The position numbers and the translations under genes are program-made. Below the pieces are notes generated by a model. The model was not told the origin of the DNA and ran no database searches. It saw only the letters and a program-made list of their open reading frames with translations. Below are positions 54,715 to 64,000 of a stretch of DNA of 64,000 bases, one piece after another; within the stretch, counting starts at the first letter, position 1; every line of letters starts with the position of its first letter. The stretch lies in assembly GCF_009914755.1 (NCBI RefSeq), contig NC_060927.1, one strand, 5' to 3'. The stretch comes from the human T2T-CHM13v2.0 reference genome, Homo sapiens.

Positions 54715-55280
54715 TGTCATACTCAACTGGATTACTGTAATAGCCTCCTCAGGAGTTTCTGTCTATCTACTCTTGGATATCCAATACAGTCTTTCTCCAG
54801 GAAGTAGCACAGCTTACACAACTATTCATCAAACTATGCCACTCTCTGCTTAAATTGCTCCATTAACACTTAGATAAAATACATGCCTTTCACCAGCCCA
54901 CAGTCCTGAGGCAAATGTCCCTGCCTGACTCTCGTAGGACCTCTCACCCCTCTGCCCCTTATTTATAATGCTGGCCTTTTTGTCCACATACCACACTTTC
55001 CCCCTTCCAGAGCCCTTGTCTGGTGTTTCCTCTCATTGCAATGAACTTTCCCCAGAGCTTTGCTTACTTGTCTCCTTATTCTTCAGGGCTCTTCTCAACT
55101 ATCACATAACACTTACTACCCTAGGAAATTCTCTATTTTATTTATAAGTTTATAGTTTCCCCTACTTGAAGGAAATCACTATAGAGGATTGTATTTTTCA
55201 TCCTGACATCTAGAACATTGTCTAATGTCCATTAGGTGTTCAATAAGTAAACATTTATTGACTAAATAAGTGAAAGAATA
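54715..55280 (+). mobile_element. L2 fragment with 3' end
   Basis: CTGGATTACTGTAATAGCCTCCT, CACTCTCTGCTTAAA, TCTAGAACATTGTCT...TGTTCAATAA. Confidence 0.7.
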
Positions 55281-55523
55281 AAATTAATTTTTGGTTTGTA
55301 GTTTGTTTGAAGGAACATATTTAAAAAAGCAGCATAGCTTGGCAGCCCACAATTTTATCACTTATGTATTAGAAAAAAGGCTGGATGCTGACTGGAGTAT
55401 CTGTGTGGCTTTCTGTTATGCTCCAGTAAGACAATTCAGGGAGTTGTTATAGTGAAGGAACCACTTCGAGGTAGTAATATGGCTATTTTATCTGTGAAAC
55501 TATAGACTTCCTAGCTACCTATG

Positions 55524-55563
55524 CACACACACACACATGCACACACACACATACACACACACA
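55524..55563. repeat. Interrupted (CA)n microsatellite
   Basis: Read directly. Confidence 0.9.
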
Positions 55564-55604
55564 AAAAAAATGAGACCAAGTCCCTAAAGGGAAATGCTCA
55601 AGGC

Positions 55605-55930
55605 ACTATTTATTGAGCATCTGCTATATTCTAGGCCTTGGAAATGCAAAGATGAATAAGTATGGTGTATATCCTGGGGGAATTTTATCATCTAGTGGGG
55701 AAACAGAGATAGTTTAATAAAGAAGCTGCAATTTAATCAATTTTCCAATAGAGACTGTTAAAAATTGCTGAGAGAACCTAAGATAAAGTGATTAATTTTT
55801 TCAGAGGTATTTGAGAAGCCTTGGTTAGGTAGCCAGGTCTCGAAAGATTACTAGAATTTGCTAGGTAGAAAAGATGAGAATTTCATTTCAGACAGAGGAA
55901 TCTGCTTAAGCCAAGGCTCAGAAGTGAAAG
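55605..55930 (-). mobile_element. L2 fragment
   Basis: TATTTATTGAGCATCTGCTATATTCTAGGC...GCAAAGATGAATAAG...TCTAGTGGGGAAACAGA. Confidence 0.7.
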
Positions 55931-58900
55931 TGGGGGTTATATATGGGATTCTCCCATTTCCTGCCTCCAATTTTAAGGTTCAGTACACTCACTAAAATAG
56001 GTCAACCCTTAGTTAATCCTCAGATTCTCCCTTTTTAGGGAGCACTAATCCAAGGAGGCTTTTCAAGTAAAGGTAAGTTAGGTGAGGGACCTTATAAGAA
56101 GGGTGTTTTCTATGGAAGACCTCTCTGCTAACAGGTGTGTGTTCCTAGAAGGAAGTATCCTTTTTATGACATCATTGTCTACATGTTGTCCATTATATCC
56201 TCCAACATCCACCCAGAAAGTTATTCTTGGAGGATATCTTGATCATTCAAGATCAAAAGAGTTATTTTAATAAAAAGCAATTTAGAGTTTTAAGAAGCAG
56301 GCCAAATCTTTCTGAATAGCCATTACAATCTGCTTACCCCATACTAAATACCTTAAGAAGCTCAATTTCTCACCAGATGGCAGTATTCAGAGATGGAAGC
56401 TGTTTTTGCTCTGATTTGGCTTCTGTTCCCTTCTCTTTCTCTCCACAAGTATACTGTAAGGGCAAAACCATGAATATGAATACAAAGTCTTCAAATCTAT
56501 CACAGGATGCAATTTATTCATATCCAACTAATTCTGGATAGAAACCTAGCGGTAGCAAGTAAATTTTATTTCTACCTCATAATTAACAAAAATAATTACT
56601 GCTTTTGCTACACCTTTCCTAACAGCATGGATCAGACCTTGAGCATCTTACTTTTCCACCTGTAGCATCTTCCAGTTTATACATGATCTCGTGAATCTTT
56701 CCTTAACTTTTATTCCTTGGTCCTTCTGAGATATTCCTACACTGAGTAATTAATGTTTGTAAAATTTTTATTCCTTGTTTTATAGGAACATGGGTGATTA
56801 GCCTCAAGAAATTGCAGGGAATATTTTCCAGTCACTTTCATGTTACTCATATGTATGAGTTTTGATTGATTGAGCCATCCATGCATGGGCCACAAGGCTA
56901 AGCACTTATTCTCATCCTTATACCCCAACTCTAAAAGTGAGGTAGTATTTGCATCATATTTTTTTTTGATTCAGGCTACTCAGGCCCAGAGAAGTACAGT
57001 AGCACCCAGTGACACAGCCTGATTTCAAAGTCTATGATTTAACCATCACACTATAGTGTTTCTTGCAGCTTTTTTCTTTAAATTTAAACCTTATTTTCTC
57101 TCTTGATCCTTCAGTGTTCTACCACTGCCCCATTTCTTGGCTAGTTCCCTTTTTCTTACTTCATTTGTATCATGTCTTCTAGAGTGATTGGAGACTAGAC
57201 AGAAGCATTCTTAAACCTAGAGTGTAGGGGTCTATGGAATGGGTGATCAAGTTGAGAAAGTAGGCTTTATGCCAACATTTGAAAACCCTACGGCCTGGGG
57301 TGTAAAGAGGTAACATTACTGAAGAAAACATATAGGCTACAAGAGAGGAAGAGAGTGGTAGGAATAAGGGTACCAGAGAGCACACATCTTTGTTAAAGAG
57401 ATACACATCCGTCTAAAAGTAGTAGCCACAGACAAATGGTTTCATTGGGGTTAAATTATCTGATCCTCCAAGGTAAGCCAGAAATCTTGATTCTTATGAG
57501 ATATTTCCAATTTTTAAAAAGTAGATAATAATTTAAATCTTTTTAAACATTGTATAAAGAAGATTCCTGAAGGCTGGGTTTGGACCATGGGCCAGAAGTT
57601 TATGCCTTTGGTTTAAATAGTAGGCCTAGGAATATTTTCCACAATCCATCATCTCCTTCTGATTTGTTTCAAGGAAAGCTGTGTTGTGAACTCTGAGGAC
57701 ATCGATGCCACCCTAATAACTTGTGACAAATCAGAAGGAAAGAAGATAGCAAAAGTGAGGACCTTGAGCAGGTACACAAGTGCTGAAGGAAAGGACAGGT
57801 AAATGTGGCAATCCAAGATAAGCGTGGAAAACCCTAAGGATTTTGTAAACTACTTTACAAGACTAACTTAAGATGCATATGAAAATCAAGGTGTGCATTC
57901 TGCAGTATGTTCCAAATTAATGCACTGGCATTGGCCTACTGCTAGGTTGGAGCCAGATAGAGCACTTAAAGGCTGGTATAAATGATTTGTGATCACAGCC
58001 TTTCATAGACTCATTTGGAATCTCTTTTCTATCCATTTTTGATCGACCATTTGGCCAGCATGCCAAACACTGGTAAATTGGCATTCCAAAGCTCACATTG
58101 GCTGATTGATAAATTCACTACTTTGGGCTCAGTTTTGCCATCTGTAAAGTGATGGTGATCAAATGAGCAAGTGTATTTATTTATTTTAAAAATACTTTTA
58201 TTTTAGATTTTGGGGTACATGTGTAAGTTTGCTATATAGGTAAATTCATGTCATGGGAGTTTATTGTAAAGATTATTTCATCATCCAGGTACTAAGCCTA
58301 GTACACAATAGTTATTTTTTTTCTGATTCTTTTCCTCCTCCCAACTTCAACCCAGTGGAGGTAGGTCCCAGTGTCTGTTGTCCCCCTCTTTGTGTCCATG
58401 TGTTCTCATCATTTAGCCCCCACTTATAAGTGATAATATGTGGTATTTGATTTTCTATTTCTATGTTAGTTTGCTAAGAATGATGGCCTCTAGCTCCATC
58501 CATGTTCCTGCAAAGGACATGATCTCATTCTTTTTATGGCTGCATAGTATTAGATGGTGTATATGTACAACAGTTTCTTTATTCAGTATACCATCATTGG
58601 GCATATAAGTTGATTCCATGTCTTTGCTATTGTGAATAGAGCTGCAGTGAACATATGCAGCATGCTTGTGTCTTTATGATAGAATGATTTATATTTTTTT
58701 GGGTATATACCCAGTAATGGGATTTCTGGATTGAATAGCAGTTCTGTTTTTAGCTCTTGGAGGAATCGCCACACTGCTTTCCACAATGGTTGAACTAACC
58801 TACGTGCCCACCAACAGTGTATAAGCATTCCCTTTTCTCTGCAACCTTACCAGCATCTGTTTTTTTTTTTTTTTTTTTTTTTGACGTTTTAATAATAGCC

Positions 58901-59588
58901 ATCTGGGTGGGTGTGAGATGATATTTCATTGTGGTTTTTATTTGCATTTCTCCAGTGATCAGTGATATTGAGCCTTCTTTCATGTGCTTTTTGGCCACAT
59001 GTATGTCTTCTTTTGAAAAGTGTCTGTTCATGCCCTCTGCCCACTTTTCAATGTTTTTTTTTTCTTGTAAATTTATGTAAGTTCCTCATAGATGCTGGAT
59101 ATTAGACCTTTGTCAGGTGCATAGTTTGCAAATATTGTCTCCCATTCTGTAGGTCTGTTTACTCTGTTGATAGTTTATTTTGCTGTGTAGAAGTTATTTC
59201 ATTTAATTAGATTCAATTTGTCCATTTTTGCTTCTGTTGCAATTCTTTTTTGTGTCTTTGTCATGAAATCTTTGTCAGTTCCTATGTCCAGAACGGTATT
59301 GCCTAGGTTGCCTTCCAGGGATTCAATTTCTTCCAGTTTCAGTCTTGGGAGGATGTAGGTGTCCAGGAATTTATCCGTTTCTTCTAAGTTTTCTAGTTTG
59401 TGTGCATAAAGGTGTTCACAGTAGTATCTGATGGCTATTTGTATTTCTGGGGTCAGTAGTAACGTCCCCTTTGTTATTTCTAATTGTGTTTATTTAGATC
59501 TTTCCTGTTTTCTTCTTTATTAGTCTAGCTAGTGGTCTATTTTATAAATTTTTCAAAAAACAAACTCCTGGATTTGTTGATCTTTTGA

Positions 59589-59590
<2 letters not shown>

Positions 59591-59636
<46 letters not shown>
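59591..59636. repeat. (TG)23 microsatellite inside L1 ORF2
   Basis: Read directly. Confidence 0.95.
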
Positions 59637-59638
<2 letters not shown>

Positions 59639-59918
59639 TCAGTCTCATTCAGTTCAGCTCTGATTTTTGTTATTTCTTGTCTTCTGTTAGCTTTGCAATT
59701 GGTTTGTTCTTGCTTCTCTAGTTCTTTCAGTTGTAATGATAGGTTGCTAAATTGAGATCTTTCTAACTTTTTAACGTGGGTGTTTAATGCTGTAAATTTC
59801 CCTGTTAATACTACCTTAGCTGTGTCCCAGAGATTCTGGTATGTTGTATCTTTGTTCTCATTAGTTTCAAAGAACTTCTTGATTTATGTCTTAATTTTAT
59901 TATTTGCCCAAAAGTCAT

Positions 59919-60195
59919 TCAATGCCTTCCCTCTGAATATCTGCTAGGGGGGTGCCAGTCTTCCCTGTGTCCCGGTCCCTTGGTGGCAGATGTTTCTCTT
60001 GGCTGTGTCTAGTTGGCCAGCTTGCCTATCTTTCCACATCTGCTTTCATTTCCCAGCTTCCAGGGTGTCCTAGCATCCTCCTTGTGGATCTCCCAGTACC
60101 TGCAGGTCACAGGGCCACAAAGACTGCAACATAGTTACCTAGGGTCTCCTAGAGAGAGCAAACATATTTAAAACAGCTTGCATTAAACCTTCCTG
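59919..60195 (+). repeat. Dispersed direct copy of 63566-63849
   Basis: Hand alignment gives about 33 substitutions and one indel over about 277 bp. Confidence 0.95.
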
Positions 60196-60817
60196 TATCA
60201 TTGTGTTGCAAGATCAGGTTATTTAATTTCCATGTAATTTTATGGTTTTGAGTGATTTTCTTAGTCTTGGTTTCTATTTTTATTGCACTATGGTCCAAGA
60301 GAGTGGTTTGTTTAAAGTCTGTTTTGCCTGAAATTAGGATTGCAACCCATGCTTTTTTCTGTTATCCATTTGCTTGGTAGATTTTTCTCCATCCCTTTAC
60401 TCTCAACGTATGGGTGTCATTGCATGTGAGATGGGTCTCTTGAGGACAGCATACTATGGAGTTTTGCTTCCTTATTCAGCTTGCCACTGCGTGTCTTTTA
60501 ATTGGGGCATTTAGCCTATTTATATTCAAGGTTATTATTGATATCTGTGGATTTGATCCTGTCATTATGTTAGCTGGTTAGTATACAGACTTGTTTGTGT
60601 AGTTGCTTTATAGTGTCACTGGTCTGTGTACTTACGTGTGTCTTGCAGTTGTTGGTAATGGTCTTTCCTTTCCATACTTAGTAGTTCTTTCAGGATCTCT
60701 TGCAAGGCAAGTATGATGATAACAAATTCCCTCAGCATTTGCTTGTAGGAAAAGGATCTTATTTCTCCTTCATTTATGAAAGTTAGTTTGGCCGGATACA
60801 AAGTTCTCTGTCAGAAT

Positions 60818-60937
60818 TCCCTCCCTCCCTCCCTCCCTCCCTCCCTTCCTCCCTTCCTTCCCTCCCTCCCTTCCTCCCTTCCTTCCCTCCTTCCCTCCTT
60901 CCTTTCTTTGTTTTCTTTCTTCTTTCTTTCGTTCTTT
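60818..60937. repeat. (CCCT/CCTT)n-(CTTT)n tract inside L1 ORF1
   Basis: Read directly. Confidence 0.9.
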
Positions 60938-61595
60938 CCTGAATATAGGCCCCCAATCTCTTGCTGTTTGTAGGGTTTCTGCTGAGAGGTCCACTGTTAG
61001 TCTGATGGGCTTCCCTTTGTAGATTACCTGACCTTTCTCTCTTATTGCCTTTGACTTTTTTTTTTTTCATTTTGACCTTAGAGAATCTGATGGTTATGTG
61101 TCTTAGGGATCATCTTCTTGTGAAATAATGTTGGGAAAGTTCTCATGAATGATATCCTGAAATATATTTTCCAAGTTGATTCATTCTCCCCATTTCTTTC
61201 AGTGACATAATTACATAATCCCACATTTCTCAGAGGTTTTCTTTGTTCCTTTTCATTCTTCTTTTTTTAAAATTCATGTTTGACTGTCTTATTTCAGAAA
61301 GCCAGTCTTCAAGCTTTGAGATTACTTCTTCAGCTTGGTCTATTCTGTTGTTAATACTTGTGATTGCATTATGAAATTCTTACAGTGTGTTTTTCAGCTC
61401 TATCAGGTCAGTTACATTCTTTTCTATACTGGCTTTTTTGTCTGTCAGTTTTGGTATCATTTTATTGCAATTCTTAGCTCCCCTGGATTGAGTTTCAGTG
61501 TTCTCCTGAATCTCAATGATCTTTGTACATTTTCACATTGTGAATTCTATTTCTGTCATGTCAGCCATCTAAGCCTGGTTAAGAATTTTTGCTAA

Positions 61596-61952
<357 letters not shown>

Positions 61953-64000
61953 TGGGCTTTTTGAGTTGTCAGAGTTCTTGTTCTAGTTATTACTCATTTT
62001 TGTGGGCTGATTTTCCAACAAGGTTTGAAGTTGCTGTCTTTTAGATGCCCTATTTTATTTTATTCTATTTTATGTCCTTGGGGGCTTAGTTGTGGTATAA
62101 GGTGGATTCGGTCAACTGGCTTTGTTTCTGGAAGATTTTAGGAGACTGAGCCTCAGCTCAGAACTCCTGGACTGCCTGTTCTTACTCTGGGGGACTGGTA
62201 TTGGGCCCTGGCTTTGTTTTTTGACTCCTCAAGGTTGGTATAACCTGCTGCGCTGGAGAGGGAGAGGTGCAACAGGACCACTGGTCACAACACTTAGATG
62301 GGTGGTGCCAGACAAAGCACTTCATAGGGCAGTAGCAGTGGGATATGTTATTGTTCACACATGCCAGCAGCAGTGGCAGCAGCAGCATGGCAGGGTGCAC
62401 CCTCATTGGCTGTGACAGGGTGCTAGCAGGTGATGTGGTGCCAGCCTCTGTGTGGGCATTTGCAGCAGTGTTGGTGGCAACACGGGTCAGGGGCGGCTCC
62501 ACCTCCACCTCACCAGCTACTGTGCATGGTCATGTTAGCATGAGGGTGGGGCGCTGGTGGGCACAGGCCTCTGTGTGACCTCTGCTGTGCGCCCTCTGTG
62601 TGCATTCATGTGGGTGGTAGTGGCTACTCAGAGCAGAGTTGGGTCTGCTGCTTTCCATGCCTAGTTTCGTGCTGGTAGCAGTGTGACGGCAGGGGTGGGG
62701 CACTGCCAGGGACAGGGCTGGTGCTCTCTATGCCCACCAATAGTCCCACAGCAATGGCGGTAGGGTAGGTTGGGGGTTCATTCATGCTGGCAGCAGTGGC
62801 ATAGCAGGGTGCGTGCTACAGGCATGCTGGTGGGGAAGGTAAGGCAAGGTCTGCCTGCATACACACGTGCCAGCAAAGTGATGTGGGGGGTGGCCGTGGG
62901 CGAGTGCATGCAGGCAAAGTGGTATGAGAGAGGCTGCATTGTGGGGAGGGCGCAGGCAGGCTGGTGTGTCTGTAGGGGCTGCTCTACTGGAGCTGTCCAC
63001 AGTTCAGCCATAATTCACCAGCACAGGAGCTATGATGCAGGCTCTCAGGAGTTGTCCCCTCTGGGTACCCCAGGCTGCACTGCAAGCAAGTGCAGCCAGG
63101 CTGGGATCCTGGAAAAGGCCAACATACCGAGGGGTGTTCAGGCCAGACTGGTCCCGTCTCATGGGCAAGACCGCCCTGCAGAATTCAGATCCGACACTTT
63201 CTCTAGGGTTAAAGTCTCTTATGGGAGCAAGTGGAGCCAAGGGGATGTGCTTTCCTGGCTGTGCTCCACTACAGACACTCCTGCGCCAAATCCTCTGGGC
63301 TCCATACCAGGCTGGAGTTCTGCCCCTACCACTTCTCCAAGCAGTTCTCCCTGCCAACTGAAGTGTCTGTGGTAGTCATGGGGTCTCCTCCTGCCAGGAT
63401 TCCAGAGGCCTGTAGTAAGAGCAGGTTGCTCCTTGCCTGTTCAACTCACCCTTTCCCCAACAGTCATTCAGGGCCAGGAATAAGTCCCCATACATGGTAG
63501 CCCCATGCAGAGTTCCCAGCTTCTTCCCCTTCAGCCCAGCATCTGTGTCTTCCCTCCATCTACTCTCAATGTCTTCCCTCTGAATATCTGCTAGGAGTGC
63601 ACCAGTATTCCATATGTCCCAGTCCCTTGGTGCCAGATGTTCCTCCTGGTTGTGTCTAGCTGACCATCTTGCCTACCTCTCCACATCTGCTTTCATTTCC
63701 TAGCTTCCAGGGTGTCCTGGCATCCTCTCTATGGATCTTCCAGTACCTGCGGTACTTCCAGTACAGGGCCACAAAGACTACACCAGAGTTACCTCGGGTC
63801 TCCTAGAGAGAGCAAATATCTTTAAAGCAGATTGCATTACACCTTCCTGCTATAGAGTTGAGAGTCAATGAATGTTGCATTACTAGTTTGCTTTGAATAA
63901 TTCTATTTTCATTGGACCTATATGCATCTTTCTCAATAAAGGTTGTATTTACCAGTTGGTAGAAGAACAGATATTCAAAGTTACATTTCAAATCACTTGT

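Noticed and set aside
58583-61070. L1 ORF1/ORF2 peptide fragments as CDS
   Set aside because: Frameshifted, deleted and interrupted by microsatellites; non-functional remnants
62122-63500. Overlapping ORFs up to 201 aa on both strands
   Set aside because: GC-rich L1 5' UTR has few stop codons; no recognisable protein

Overview
This window is primate (very probably human) non-coding DNA: AT-rich, CpG-depleted and dense in interspersed repeats. It holds 12 Alus, old L1M fragments, one rearranged but 5'-to-3' L1PA13-16-type element, MIR/L2, MaLR/ERVL/LTR12 solo LTRs and Tigger/hAT MITEs. I recognise no protein-coding gene, RNA gene or CRISPR array, and I cannot name the locus. Almost all tracked ORFs are Alu, L1, LTR or low-complexity artefacts. 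I found no convincing novel biological system. The best leads are: (1) a 277-bp templated copy of the L1's own 5' end plus flank, inserted into its ORF2; (2) a repeat-free segment at about 15.9 kb carrying a minus-strand 6/30-nt microexon architecture back to back with a plus-strand AG|GT recursive-splice-like site; (3) an LTR12 solo LTR with six CCAAT boxes pointing toward those minus-strand splice sites; (4) an unexplained ~650-bp insert in an old L1 with faint retroviral integrase-like motifs; (5) template-switch scars inside two AluJ copies. Repeat subfamily calls come from remembered consensus sequences, and old-repeat boundaries are approximate.
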